A DNA stretch of 64,000 nt from Dudresnaya verticillata (taxonomy: Eukaryota). The stretch lies in assembly GCA_977862235.1 (NCBI GenBank), contig OZ374565.1, positions 62,001 to 126,000 on the forward strand, read 5' to 3'. Numbering within the stretch: position 1 is the stretch's first letter; each line of letters begins with the position of its first letter. The translations under genes were made by a program, and so were the position numbers. This document shows positions 29,959-43,798 of this stretch, piece by piece. The notes below the pieces were generated by a model, which saw only the letters and a program-made list of their open reading frames with translations, was not told where the DNA came from and searched no databases.

Positions 29959-31644
29959 ATGGCGGACTCTGAGGATACCACCCTGCCACCTCAAGGGCTA
30001 CCCACCCACGGTAACCAAGGTGCTCCCGTCAGCTCCGCGAACGAGTTGGAGGAAACCGACTCAGAGGCATCTTCCTTGCATACTACCGTACCGTTTGCAG
30101 AAAATACCCGCCTTCACACCGTTGCACAGAAGACGTTTGTGGATGTCATCCGCACGCATCAGGAGTGCAATGTGACTGGTTCAGACTTCCTTGACATGTT
30201 TTGGGAAGACTATCCACCTTCTTTACTATTCGATGTTGCTATTGCATGTAATTTTGCTTTGATGAGAAGACTTGCCCTATTCTTACCAAGTAAGGTTGGT
30301 GTACCGTATGCTCCACATGAGTCGGGAGATGTTCTCAACCGGCTAGCTGTATCAATCTATGAAGGTCCCTATCTTGCTTCAGCGTACCGTCATATCAGGA
30401 GCATGGTTTTGTCTCTCGGCAGTATCAACAGATCTGATTCGAGTATCGGTTCATCATCTCGCGACTCTGTTCCCAGAAGTCATGGCAGTAAATCTGAACG
30501 CCCGGAACGACACCTAGCGCTAAAAACTGAGGATGGTAACGAAGACTCGGATCAGCCATCTGGTGCTACTATAGGTGCTCGGTCACCGGCTCACAACATG
30601 GCCGTTCGCTTCAAGGATGATTCCAAGAAGTTCTCTGGTGCTTTAGGAGAATGCTGGAAGGAATACTTGGAGGACTATGTTGATGCCGCTACTGACTACG
30701 AGTTGACCGAAAAACAGAAGCTGCAGTATCTTCCCAATATCCTTAAGGCTAGTGCTAAAAGGTACTTTAACCGCAAAGTTAAGCACTCAGCTCACTCCTT
30801 CACAGCTGCAGATGATATGATGGAAGCGTATTTCAACTCCATCTCTCGACAGCATCGTATCGAGAATCATCCCAATATGCTCCGCATCGAGAAGTTCGTT
30901 TCAGGGACAGTTAACCTCAGTGATGCATTGCAGAAAGTCGATGAGCAGATCTCAACGCTCGCTCCACAAGGCCCAATGCACTGTCATGCTGAAGCTAACA
31001 TGGTCGTCTACCTTCGTCGAGCAGTCATTGGACACTCGTGGGCTAAGGAACCAATCAGCCGTGCTTCAGCTGAAAGGCTGACTTACCAAGAGTTCTTCTC
31101 TCAACTCGAATCGGCTATTCAGCAGAACAGAGAGGAGAAATCCCATAGGGCTCAGATGAATCCCCGCAGCCGTTTTATCGGAGCTCCGCAGCCTGATTTT
31201 CCTAACACTCTACTTGCTAGATACGGAAGAGACAAGACCGTGGCTTTTGCCAGAGGTAATAGTAAGCCGGTCTCTGCCCAATCAAGCAATATCGTGTGTT
31301 TCAATTGCGGAAAGAACCACATGATTAGAGATTGTAAGGAAGTCATGGACGCAGCAGCAATTGCCGCACGAAAAGTTCAGTTTTATCAGAGGAAGAAGTT
31401 CGGAAATAATCAGAACAAAGCTTTGAAGCGAGTTTTGTTTGAAGTTTGCGAACAACTGAAACCTGAGCCTGAGATTGAGGATGCCCACACATTCTTCAAC
31501 GTCAGTGAAGAAGTAGAAGAGGAGATTCAAATCCGAGGTTCGGGAGATGAAAGAGAGTCGGAAGACGAAGAAGAAGAAGAAGACTCTATCGAACAGTTCT
31601 ATCAGTCCATTGAGGGTTCCATTCCCAATGGGTTGGATTTTTAG
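29959..31644 (+). CDS. gag: Copia gag, unit 3
   Basis: Copy of 16119-17804. Confidence 0.8.
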   Translation: MADSEDTTLPPQGLPTHGNQGAPVSSANELEETDSEASSLHTTVPFAENTRLHTVAQKTFVDVIRTHQECNVTGSDFLDMFWEDYPPSLLFDVAIACNFALMRRLALFLPSKVGVPYAPHESGDVLNRLAVSIYEGPYLASAYRHIRSMVLSLGSINRSDSSIGSSSRDSVPRSHGSKSERPERHLALKTEDGNEDSDQPSGATIGARSPAHNMAVRFKDDSKKFSGALGECWKEYLEDYVDAATDYELTEKQKLQYLPNILKASAKRYFNRKVKHSAHSFTAADDMMEAYFNSISRQHRIENHPNMLRIEKFVSGTVNLSDALQKVDEQISTLAPQGPMHCHAEANMVVYLRRAVIGHSWAKEPISRASAERLTYQEFFSQLESAIQQNREEKSHRAQMNPRSRFIGAPQPDFPNTLLARYGRDKTVAFARGNSKPVSAQSSNIVCFNCGKNHMIRDCKEVMDAAAIAARKVQFYQRKKFGNNQNKALKRVLFEVCEQLKPEPEIEDAHTFFNVSEEVEEEIQIRGSGDERESEDEEEEEDSIEQFYQSIEGSIPNGLDF

Positions 31645-34600
31645 AACGGAGTACTCGCCAATGTCACCCTGAATTGCCAGAGTCAGAGCAAATTGACACG
31701 AGCTCGAACGCTCCGCCTAATTTACTATCTGGCATGAAAAATCCGATTCTGTTTAGTGCGTTAAAAAAGGGGAAAAGCCAAAAAATAGAAAACAGAAAAA
31801 TCCAAGAAGTAGAAATAGACCCTACATGCATATTCTCAACACCGGTATAGAAGACATTAAGTTGGACAGTAGCTCAAATGACTTCCACGGGGCTTGCATA
31901 GACACTGGAGCTCAACGCAGTGTAATTGGAAAGCAACAGGCAAAAGCATATTGCAAGAAGGTTGGAGTCCAATTCAAGCATAAAGCTTCTCCGCTAAGGT
32001 ACCGTCTTGGAAAGGGAACATTTTCTGCAATAGGTTCAATCCCAGTTAGAATTTGTACGCCTGATGGAAAAGTTCTGAGGTTGAACGTTGACGTTATTGA
32101 TGTGAAATTCCATTCTTACTTGGTCTAGATTTTCTAGATAGAGAGAAAATATTCGCGGACAACGTTGACAATCAGCTGGTCTGCAAACTAGGATGGCATA
32201 TGCCAATCGTTCGCAAGTTCGGTCATCTTTATGTCGATTGGACGGACTACGCCGTCAACTTTACCAAAGCAGAGCTGAAGAAACTCCATCTACACTTCTA
32301 TCATCCTACTGTACAGAAGCTTTACGCTCTGCTCAAAAGAGCTAAACCTGAAGAGGTTGACCACGACACGAAGAAGCTTCTAAACAAAATTACTACAGCA
32401 TGAAGTGCAACACCCAAACACGGGGATTGCCCCAACCGTGTTCGACGCGGTCTCCCGCGGTTAGGTAGCAGGCGCCACGCGGTGAGGCGGGCGCCTGTGT
32501 GCTGGTAGAGCAGCCGAGACACGGGGTGTGCCCCGGGGATAGTGTAACCGGGGTCGACTGTAAACCCCCGATCCACCTGAAGTGCCGTAGTGCACGTAAA
32601 CGTAGCGACGGCGATACACGCCGGTAGGATGGCGCGGAAGAGGGACTCAGAACAGGGTACGTAGCCCGAGTTGCGTCCGGTGGTGACACCGGAAGCAAAG
32701 TCGGGGGTATCCTCAGGTTCCGAGACCAACTTGGCGCTTTACTGTGAGAGGGGCTCACCCCGTATACTAAGTATCCCCCGCGGGAGGTGCGCGCGCGTGT
32801 CTGGCGCCGTGCGCCTGACACTTGGCATGTGCGCGCACCGCGGGCTCACTAAAATATCGCGCAAAAATATCTAGCGTAGAAATACTACTAGCGCACTGTA
32901 AATCAGTGTAAACTAAGGGTGCGCGTTGCTGGCGTGCACCCGATCGAGGACTCCCTCGGATATGTTCGGCGCGCGTGTCGCGCGTGTAAACGTGGATGAG
33001 TGCGCATACCAGTGCGCGTGTATGTGAGCGGGCGTCCGCGCAAAAACAGGTTCCGGGCACTGCACCACACAGCATGCCAAACTTGTCAAAGATTCACTCC
33101 ACGACAACAGAGTTTCAAGGTTTCATTTCCAAAGGGAATCGTATTTAACCAAGAGCTCGCATTGGATTTAATGTTTCTTGACGGAATGGCAGTACTACAT
33201 GTCGTGGACTTGCAAACGCATTTTAGTGCAGCAACATTTTTGGCTGGTCAATCGATACAGGCTACTTGGTATGCATTCTTGGAATGCTGGGCTACCGTAT
33301 ACACTGGTTTCCCAGACTCTATTAAGACAGACCAAGGAAGCATATTTACTTCACCAAAGTGGAAAGAAATTATGGACGCCTACGGTATTGCGTTTACACT
33401 TACCGCCGTAGAAAGCCATAATTCCTTAGGTGCTGGTGAAAGGTATCACGCACCATTGAGAAGGATTTATCACAAAATCCGACATTCTCAGCCGAATATT
33501 GATGTCATGATGGCTCTTAGATTAGCTGTCAAGGCGATGAATGATACTATGAACCCTGAGGGGCTCGTTCCTTCCCTCCTCGTCTTCGGTGTTCTACCAA
33601 GGTTTCCTGGAGCATCTCAGTCCTTACCTGATCAGCAAGAAAGAATGCAGGCACTCTTGCTTGCTAGACTTGAGATGGAAATTATTTCTAACCAACTCCG
33701 TTTACGGAAGGCATTAGAATCGAGGCTTCCGCAAGCTGCTTCCCATGAGCTGGAAGTTGGACAGGAAGTTCTAGTGTATCGAGAAGATGAGAAACCGATC
33801 AAATGGACTGGCCCGTTCAAGATCAAGAGATTAGAAGGGAAGCAAGTGTTCATAGATCGAGATGGTACTGAGGCTCAACACTCAGTAGCCCAAGTCAAGC
33901 CGTTCCTTCAAGAGGAGGAAGTCGGTGAAAACTTTGTGGACGTACTACACTCAATGGTAAGGCCTTTCGTTTCCTGCAAAGGCAGGGAACAAGAACCAGC
34001 TAGAGTGTATGTCACTGAAGTTCTACATCCAAGAGACCCTAGAGGAGGCTCTCCAGAGTTCTTGGAAGCTAAGAAGAAAGAGATTAAAGGTCTCATTGAG
34101 AAGGGTACTTGGAAATTAGTACTGAGAGAAGACGTCCCCAATAACGCAAACATATTGAATGGTAGATTTGTTTTGGCTATCAAGAATGCCAATACTAACG
34201 AAGAGATTTTCAAAGCAAGATATGTGGTCCAAGGACATAAGGATAAGGAGAAGAACTTCTTGATCCACAATTCTACCAACGTGAGACAGAGTTCTACACG
34301 ACTGATGATGGCAATAGCTTCTATGTATGGCTTCCGCGTCTGGAGTCATGATGTTAAACAAGCTTACTTGCAGAGCTCAGAACAAATTTTGAGAAAGGTC
34401 TATTTGAAGCCCTCAAAGGAGTTCGAGCTAGCACTCAACCAGTTGTTAGAGCTTCTCAAACCATTGTATGGTCTACCAGATTCTGGAGATTACTGGAACC
34501 AGACCATGCTACTGCATCTTACAAAGGACCTGTACATGCAGCGGACTGTCAGTGATGTTTCCTTGTTCTTCAGGTACATCGACGGAAAACTCGCAGGAAT

Positions 34601-35542
34601 GACGGGTTCCTATGTAGATGATTCGTTACACTGTGGTAACGAAAAGTTTCTGAAACTTTCCGACAAGTCTTTAGAAAAGTTCGAATCAAGAGAAAGAGAG
34701 TTCGATGATGTTGTGTTCGCAGGAGTGGCCGTCAAGAACTCTCCAAATGGATTTCAGCTTGGACAAGAAGACTACATAAGGAAGCTTTCTATCCTCCCGT
34801 TAGATTGTAGTTACTCTGATTTCAGGTCCAGTCGTGCTAAATTAGCATGGGTTACTCACACTAGACCTGACATATGTTTTATGGTGAACAAATTAGCACA
34901 ACAGCAGCAAAGTTCGACATCGGACAAATTAAGAAATTGAACAAGGTCGTTAAGAAGATTCAGAAGGATCCGAAGAGATGCCTACAGTATCAAAAGTTGG
35001 ACTTCCGCACGTTACATCTCAAGGTGTACGCTGACTCGTCATTTGCTAATAACGAAGATCAGACCTCTCAGCTAGGCTACATCGTCCTACTAGCAGATGA
35101 TTCGGGCAAATGCAGCATAACTCACTACTCCAGCCACAAGAGCAGACGCGTCGTTCGGTCTGTACTTGGCGGGGAAGTATATGCCTTCGCTGATGCTTTT
35201 GATTTCTCTTTCACCCTGAAGCACGACCCTGAGCGCATTCTGAAGAAGAGAATCCCACTCAAGATCTTCACGGATTCTCGTAGCTTGTTTGACGTAATCA
35301 CGAAAGCGTCTTCCACTACTGAGAAAAGGCTAATGATAGACATCAGAGCCGTTCGGAATGCTTATGATGCAAAAGAGATATCTGATGTTGGTTTCATTCG
35401 TTCTCAGCATAACCCGGCTGATTCGTTTACCAAAGAAGGAGCAAATGATGCGCTCCATGACATTGTTTCAAAGGGAAAATACGACCATCCTATCGAACAA
35501 TGGGTTGTTCGAGACTGGAATACTTCACTAAAAATGTCTTAG
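31641..35542 (+). pseudogene. pol: Copia pol, disrupted, unit 3
   Basis: Same lesions as unit 1. Confidence 0.9.
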
Positions 35543-36059
35543 TCTGCAAAAGTGACCAAGAAGGATTAAGCGAAAGAGACGGGACTTTGGAAAGACTGAA
35601 GCAGACTGACTGCTGAGGGTGCCAGATTGGCGCTTAGATGCGACACAGTTGTATCTACGTCGCAATAAATCTACTTAGTCTTTATTTACTTTTGCTACAG
35701 TAAAATATTTTCTAGTGGATAGGTCGTACATTTAGAGACTAGAGCTAGTCTTTATGTGAAGATAGAGTTAGTCTTTTATTTAGTAGACTAACGCTGCAAA
35801 ACTAGCTCTAAAAGTACGGTTTTACCTGCCGGAGTCTTGGCTAGCAAGCGCTCCGGCAGAGTATAAAGGGCCTCCCTCGCCGGCCAACTCGGCGAGGAAA
35901 GGACACACATTATCAACTCAAACCACCACCCCCAAGCCATTACTTGACATTTCCATATTTACCGTCAACCGCTGTACGCATCGTGTGTATTTTTCCCGTT
36001 TTTGCTTACAGCCGCGCCGGTTCTGCCACATTGATCAATTACGCTCTACCGCCGCCGTT

Positions 36060-36788
36060 ATGCCGCTACGAAGCGTCCTAAGTAAGTTTTTCATTTAATT
36101 TTTGCCTGGGTCTTTGCTCTTGCAAGTGGTAAATTCTCTTTGCTCGATTTGGTGTGCTTGAAGTGCTATAATCCCAAATTAAGTCACTGACGATTTGCCA
36201 TTTATTTTTGAACCAATCGTAATTTGGCTTGCAACAGTTCCGACCACAGCCGCCTCGACACCTGTCTTGGCGGCGGGCATCGTTGCCTCCGGCGGCGCGG
36301 CCAATCTACGGGCCCCCGTTGCGACTGTAAGTGCTACCGTTACAGTCCCGGAGTGCAACGAAATTAAAAGTGCCGCCGTGCGCACTATACGGACCAACGC
36401 CGTATCTAAGGGCCTATCTACGTCCCCGCCTTCGTCGCACGCACTACCGCCTGTGCCGCGCAAGCCCGCCGTCGCCGCGCCGCGTCCCGCGCAGCTACAG
36501 CGGTTGAACCGGCGCAAGGCGAAAGTCCTGGCCGACAAGGTAAATAAGGCCGCCAAGAAAACGCGTCGGGCACCGCGCGCGAAGCGTTTCTGCAAGCTGT
36601 GCAAGATTTCTTGCAACGGGCCGAAACCGTGGCTCGACCATATCGAGTCACGTGCCCATATTCAAGCACGCGATAATCGGCGCGAGCTACCGCGCTGTAA
36701 ACCGTGCCACCGCACATTCGAGTCTCACGGACACCTGTCCCGCCACTTGAACAGTAAGGGCCACCTCGACGTAATTTCGAAACTCTAG
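36060..36788 (+). CDS. Zinc-finger gene, unit 4
   Basis: Copy of 15300-16028. Confidence 0.75.
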
Positions 36789-36878
36789 ATTCTTTTGATA
36801 AAATTTGTTGCTTTCAAAAGAATTGTCTCAACTTAACAAAAGTTTCGAAATATCGTACACGTCCAAACCCGACCTGTA

Positions 36879-38564
36879 ATGGCGGACTCTGAGGATACCA
36901 CCCTGCCACCTCAAGGGCTACCCACCCACGGTAACCAAGGTGCTCCCGTCAGCTCCGCGAACGAGTTGGAGGAAACCGACTCAGAGGCATCTTCCTTGCA
37001 TACTACCGTACCGTTTGCAGAAAATACCCGCCTTCACACCGTTGCACAGAAGACGTTTGTGGATGTCATCCGCACGCATCAGGAGTGCAATGTGACTGGT
37101 TCAGACTTCCTTGACATGTTTTGGGAAGACTATCCACCTTCTTTACTATTCGATGTTGCTATTGCATGTAATTTTGCTTTGATGAGAAGACTTGCCCTAT
37201 TCTTACCAAGTAAGGTTGGTGTACCGTATGCTCCACATGAGTCGGGAGATGTTCTCAACCGGCTAGCTGTATCAATCTATGAAGGTCCCTATCTTGCTTC
37301 AGCGTACCGTCATATCAGGAGCATGGTTTTGTCTCTCGGCAGTATCAACAGATCTGATTCGAGTATCGGTTCATCATCTCGCGACTCTGTTCCCAGAAGT
37401 CATGGCAGTAAATCTGAACGCCCGGAACGACACCTAGCGCTAAAAACTGAGGATGGTAACGAAGACTCGGATCAGCCATCTGGTGCTACTATAGGTGCTC
37501 GGTCACCGGCTCACAACATGGCCGTTCGCTTCAAGGATGATTCCAAGAAGTTCTCTGGTGCTTTAGGAGAATGCTGGAAGGAATACTTGGAGGACTATGT
37601 TGATGCCGCTACTGACTACGAGTTGACCGAAAAACAGAAGCTGCAGTATCTTCCCAATATCCTTAAGGCTAGTGCTAAAAGGTACTTTAACCGCAAAGTT
37701 AAGCACTCAGCTCACTCCTTCACAGCTGCAGATGATATGATGGAAGCGTATTTCAACTCCATCTCTCGACAGCATCGTATCGAGAATCATCCCAATATGC
37801 TCCGCATCGAGAAGTTCGTTTCAGGGACAGTTAACCTCAGTGATGCATTGCAGAAAGTCGATGAGCAGATCTCAACGCTCGCTCCACAAGGCCCAATGCA
37901 CTGTCATGCTGAAGCTAACATGGTCGTCTACCTTCGTCGAGCAGTCATTGGACACTCGTGGGCTAAGGAACCAATCAGCCGTGCTTCAGCTGAAAGGCTG
38001 ACTTACCAAGAGTTCTTCTCTCAACTCGAATCGGCTATTCAGCAGAACAGAGAGGAGAAATCCCATAGGGCTCAGATGAATCCCCGCAGCCGTTTTATCG
38101 GAGCTCCGCAGCCTGATTTTCCTAACACTCTACTTGCTAGATACGGAAGAGACAAGACCGTGGCTTTTGCCAGAGGTAATAGTAAGCCGGTCTCTGCCCA
38201 ATCAAGCAATATCGTGTGTTTCAATTGCGGAAAGAACCACATGATTAGAGATTGTAAGGAAGTCATGGACGCAGCAGCAATTGCCGCACGAAAAGTTCAG
38301 TTTTATCAGAGGAAGAAGTTCGGAAATAATCAGAACAAAGCTTTGAAGCGAGTTTTGTTTGAAGTTTGCGAACAACTGAAACCTGAGCCTGAGATTGAGG
38401 ATGCCCACACATTCTTCAACGTCAGTGAAGAAGTAGAAGAGGAGATTCAAATCCGAGGTTCGGGAGATGAAAGAGAGTCGGAAGACGAAGAAGAAGAAGA
38501 AGACTCTATCGAACAGTTCTATCAGTCCATTGAGGGTTCCATTCCCAATGGGTTGGATTTTTAG
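36879..38564 (+). CDS. gag: Copia gag, unit 4
   Basis: Copy of 16119-17804. Confidence 0.8.
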   Translation: MADSEDTTLPPQGLPTHGNQGAPVSSANELEETDSEASSLHTTVPFAENTRLHTVAQKTFVDVIRTHQECNVTGSDFLDMFWEDYPPSLLFDVAIACNFALMRRLALFLPSKVGVPYAPHESGDVLNRLAVSIYEGPYLASAYRHIRSMVLSLGSINRSDSSIGSSSRDSVPRSHGSKSERPERHLALKTEDGNEDSDQPSGATIGARSPAHNMAVRFKDDSKKFSGALGECWKEYLEDYVDAATDYELTEKQKLQYLPNILKASAKRYFNRKVKHSAHSFTAADDMMEAYFNSISRQHRIENHPNMLRIEKFVSGTVNLSDALQKVDEQISTLAPQGPMHCHAEANMVVYLRRAVIGHSWAKEPISRASAERLTYQEFFSQLESAIQQNREEKSHRAQMNPRSRFIGAPQPDFPNTLLARYGRDKTVAFARGNSKPVSAQSSNIVCFNCGKNHMIRDCKEVMDAAAIAARKVQFYQRKKFGNNQNKALKRVLFEVCEQLKPEPEIEDAHTFFNVSEEVEEEIQIRGSGDERESEDEEEEEDSIEQFYQSIEGSIPNGLDF

Positions 38565-41500
38565 AACGGAGTACTCGCCAATGTCACCCTGAATTGCCAG
38601 AGTCAGAGCAAATTGACACGAGCTCGAACGCTCCGCCTAATTTACTATCTGGCATGAAAAATCCGATTCTGTTTAGTGCGTTAAAAAAGGGGAAAAGCCA
38701 AAAAATAGAAAACAGAAAAATCCAAGAAGTAGAAATAGACCCTACATGCATATTCTCAACACCGGTATAGAAGACATTAAGTTGGACAGTAGCTCAAATG
38801 ACTTCCACGGGGCTTGCATAGACACTGGAGCTCAACGCAGTGTAATTGGAAAGCAACAGGCAAAAGCATATTGCAAGAAGGTTGGAGTCCAATTCAAGCA
38901 TAAAGCTTCTCCGCTAAGGTACCGTCTTGGAAAGGGAACATTTTCTGCAATAGGTTCAATCCCAGTTAGAATTTGTACGCCTGATGGAAAAGTTCTGAGG
39001 TTGAACGTTGACGTTATTGATGTGAAATTCCATTCTTACTTGGTCTAGATTTTCTAGATAGAGAGAAAATATTCGCGGACAACGTTGACAATCAGCTGGT
39101 CTGCAAACTAGGATGGCATATGCCAATCGTTCGCAAGTTCGGTCATCTTTATGTCGATTGGACGGACTACGCCGTCAACTTTACCAAAGCAGAGCTGAAG
39201 AAACTCCATCTACACTTCTATCATCCTACTGTACAGAAGCTTTACGCTCTGCTCAAAAGAGCTAAACCTGAAGAGGTTGACCACGACACGAAGAAGCTTC
39301 TAAACAAAATTACTACAGCATGAAGTGCAACACCCAAACACGGGGATTGCCCCAACCGTGTTCGACGCGGTCTCCCGCGGTTAGGTAGCAGGCGCCACGC
39401 GGTGAGGCGGGCGCCTGTGTGCTGGTAGAGCAGCCGAGACACGGGGTGTGCCCCGGGGATAGTGTAACCGGGGTCGACTGTAAACCCCCGATCCACCTGA
39501 AGTGCCGTAGTGCACGTAAACGTAGCGACGGCGATACACGCCGGTAGGATGGCGCGGAAGAGGGACTCAGAACAGGGTACGTAGCCCGAGTTGCGTCCGG
39601 TGGTGACACCGGAAGCAAAGTCGGGGGTATCCTCAGGTTCCGAGACCAACTTGGCGCTTTACTGTGAGAGGGGCTCACCCCGTATACTAAGTATCCCCCG
39701 CGGGAGGTGCGCGCGCGTGTCTGGCGCCGTGCGCCTGACACTTGGCATGTGCGCGCACCGCGGGCTCACTAAAATATCGCGCAAAAATATCTAGCGTAGA
39801 AATACTACTAGCGCACTGTAAATCAGTGTAAACTAAGGGTGCGCGTTGCTGGCGTGCACCCGATCGAGGACTCCCTCGGATATGTTCGGCGCGCGTGTCG
39901 CGCGTGTAAACGTGGATGAGTGCGCATACCAGTGCGCGTGTATGTGAGCGGGCGTCCGCGCAAAAACAGGTTCCGGGCACTGCACCACACAGCATGCCAA
40001 ACTTGTCAAAGATTCACTCCACGACAACAGAGTTTCAAGGTTTCATTTCCAAAGGGAATCGTATTTAACCAAGAGCTCGCATTGGATTTAATGTTTCTTG
40101 ACGGAATGGCAGTACTACATGTCGTGGACTTGCAAACGCATTTTAGTGCAGCAACATTTTTGGCTGGTCAATCGATACAGGCTACTTGGTATGCATTCTT
40201 GGAATGCTGGGCTACCGTATACACTGGTTTCCCAGACTCTATTAAGACAGACCAAGGAAGCATATTTACTTCACCAAAGTGGAAAGAAATTATGGACGCC
40301 TACGGTATTGCGTTTACACTTACCGCCGTAGAAAGCCATAATTCCTTAGGTGCTGGTGAAAGGTATCACGCACCATTGAGAAGGATTTATCACAAAATCC
40401 GACATTCTCAGCCGAATATTGATGTCATGATGGCTCTTAGATTAGCTGTCAAGGCGATGAATGATACTATGAACCCTGAGGGGCTCGTTCCTTCCCTCCT
40501 CGTCTTCGGTGTTCTACCAAGGTTTCCTGGAGCATCTCAGTCCTTACCTGATCAGCAAGAAAGAATGCAGGCACTCTTGCTTGCTAGACTTGAGATGGAA
40601 ATTATTTCTAACCAACTCCGTTTACGGAAGGCATTAGAATCGAGGCTTCCGCAAGCTGCTTCCCATGAGCTGGAAGTTGGACAGGAAGTTCTAGTGTATC
40701 GAGAAGATGAGAAACCGATCAAATGGACTGGCCCGTTCAAGATCAAGAGATTAGAAGGGAAGCAAGTGTTCATAGATCGAGATGGTACTGAGGCTCAACA
40801 CTCAGTAGCCCAAGTCAAGCCGTTCCTTCAAGAGGAGGAAGTCGGTGAAAACTTTGTGGACGTACTACACTCAATGGTAAGGCCTTTCGTTTCCTGCAAA
40901 GGCAGGGAACAAGAACCAGCTAGAGTGTATGTCACTGAAGTTCTACATCCAAGAGACCCTAGAGGAGGCTCTCCAGAGTTCTTGGAAGCTAAGAAGAAAG
41001 AGATTAAAGGTCTCATTGAGAAGGGTACTTGGAAATTAGTACTGAGAGAAGACGTCCCCAATAACGCAAACATATTGAATGGTAGATTTGTTTTGGCTAT
41101 CAAGAATGCCAATACTAACGAAGAGATTTTCAAAGCAAGATATGTGGTCCAAGGACATAAGGATAAGGAGAAGAACTTCTTGATCCACAATTCTACCAAC
41201 GTGAGACAGAGTTCTACACGACTGATGATGGCAATAGCTTCTATGTATGGCTTCCGCGTCTGGAGTCATGATGTTAAACAAGCTTACTTGCAGAGCTCAG
41301 AACAAATTTTGAGAAAGGTCTATTTGAAGCCCTCAAAGGAGTTCGAGCTAGCACTCAACCAGTTGTTAGAGCTTCTCAAACCATTGTATGGTCTACCAGA
41401 TTCTGGAGATTACTGGAACCAGACCATGCTACTGCATCTTACAAAGGACCTGTACATGCAGCGGACTGTCAGTGATGTTTCCTTGTTCTTCAGGTACATC

Positions 41501-42462
41501 GACGGAAAACTCGCAGGAATGACGGGTTCCTATGTAGATGATTCGTTACACTGTGGTAACGAAAAGTTTCTGAAACTTTCCGACAAGTCTTTAGAAAAGT
41601 TCGAATCAAGAGAAAGAGAGTTCGATGATGTTGTGTTCGCAGGAGTGGCCGTCAAGAACTCTCCAAATGGATTTCAGCTTGGACAAGAAGACTACATAAG
41701 GAAGCTTTCTATCCTCCCGTTAGATTGTAGTTACTCTGATTTCAGGTCCAGTCGTGCTAAATTAGCATGGGTTACTCACACTAGACCTGACATATGTTTT
41801 ATGGTGAACAAATTAGCACAACAGCAGCAAAGTTCGACATCGGACAAATTAAGAAATTGAACAAGGTCGTTAAGAAGATTCAGAAGGATCCGAAGAGATG
41901 CCTACAGTATCAAAAGTTGGACTTCCGCACGTTACATCTCAAGGTGTACGCTGACTCGTCATTTGCTAATAACGAAGATCAGACCTCTCAGCTAGGCTAC
42001 ATCGTCCTACTAGCAGATGATTCGGGCAAATGCAGCATAACTCACTACTCCAGCCACAAGAGCAGACGCGTCGTTCGGTCTGTACTTGGCGGGGAAGTAT
42101 ATGCCTTCGCTGATGCTTTTGATTTCTCTTTCACCCTGAAGCACGACCCTGAGCGCATTCTGAAGAAGAGAATCCCACTCAAGATCTTCACGGATTCTCG
42201 TAGCTTGTTTGACGTAATCACGAAAGCGTCTTCCACTACTGAGAAAAGGCTAATGATAGACATCAGAGCCGTTCGGAATGCTTATGATGCAAAAGAGATA
42301 TCTGATGTTGGTTTCATTCGTTCTCAGCATAACCCGGCTGATTCGTTTACCAAAGAAGGAGCAAATGATGCGCTCCATGACATTGTTTCAAAGGGAAAAT
42401 ACGACCATCCTATCGAACAATGGGTTGTTCGAGACTGGAATACTTCACTAAAAATGTCTTAG
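38561..42462 (+). pseudogene. pol: Copia pol, disrupted, unit 4
   Basis: Same lesions as unit 1. Confidence 0.9.
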
Positions 42463-42979
42463 TCTGCAAAAGTGACCAAGAAGGATTAAGCGAAAGAGAC
42501 GGGACTTTGGAAAGACTGAAGCAGACTGACTGCTGAGGGTGCCAGATTGGCGCTTAGATGCGACACAGTTTTATCTACGTCGCAATAAATCTACTTAGTC
42601 TTTATTTACTTTTGCTACAGTAAAATATTTTCTAGTGGATAGGTCGTACATTTAGAGACTAGAGCTAGTCTTTATGTGAAGATAGAGTTAGTCTTTTATT
42701 TAGTAGACTAACGCTGCAAAACTAGCTCTAAAAGTACGGTTTTACCTGCCGGAGTCTTGGCTAGCAAGCGCTCCGGCAGAGTATAAAGGGCCTCCCTCGC
42801 CGGCCAACTCGGCGAGGAAAGGACACACATTATCAACTCAAACCACCACCCCCAAGCCACTACTTGACATTTCCATATTTACCGTCAACCGCTGTACGCA
42901 TCGTGTGTATTTTTCCCGTTTTTGCTTACAGCCGCGCCGGTTCTGCCACATTGATCAATTACGCTCTACCGCCGCCGTT

Positions 42980-43708
42980 ATGCCGCTACGAAGCGTCCTA
43001 AGTAAGTTTTTCATTTAATTTTTGCCTGGGTCTTTGCTCTTGCAAGTGGTAAATTCTCTTTGCTCGATTTGGTGTGGTTGAAGTGCTATAATCCCAAATT
43101 AAGTCACTGACGATTTGCCATTTATTTTTGAACCAATCGTAATTTGGCTTGCAACAGTTCCGACCACAGCCGCCTCGACACCTGTCTTGGCGGCGGGCAT
43201 CGTTGCCTCCGGCGGCGCGGCCAATCTACGGGCCCCCGTTGCGACTGTAAGTGCTACCGTTACAGTCCCGGAGTGCAACGAAATTAAAAGTGCCGCCGTG
43301 CGCACTATACGGACCAACGCCGTATCTAAGGGCCTATCTACGTCCCCGCCTTCGTCGCACGCACTACCGCCTGTGCCGCGCAAGCCCGCCGTCGCCGCGC
43401 CGCGTCCCGCGCAGCTACAGCGGTTGAACCGGCGCAAGGCGAAAGTCCTGGCCGACAAGGTAAATAAGGCCGCCAAGAAAACGCGTCGGGCACCGCGCGC
43501 GAAGCGTTTCTGCAAGCTGTGCAAGATTTCTTGCAACGGGCCGAAACCGTGGCTCGACCATATCGAGTCACGTGCCCATATTCAAGCACGCGATAATCGG
43601 CGCGAGCTACCGCACTGTAAACCGTGCCACCGCACATTCGAGTCTCACGGACACCTGTCCCGCCACTTGAACAGTAAGGGCCACCTCGACGTAATTTCGA
43701 AACTCTAG
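42980..43708 (+). CDS. Zinc-finger gene, unit 5 (R to H variant)
   Basis: Copy of 15300-16028 with G>A at 43614. Confidence 0.75.
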
Positions 43709-43798
43709 ATTCTTTTGATAAAATTTGTTGCTTTCAAAAGAATTGTCTCAACTTAACAAAAGTTTCGAAATATCGTACACGTCCAAACCCGACCTGTA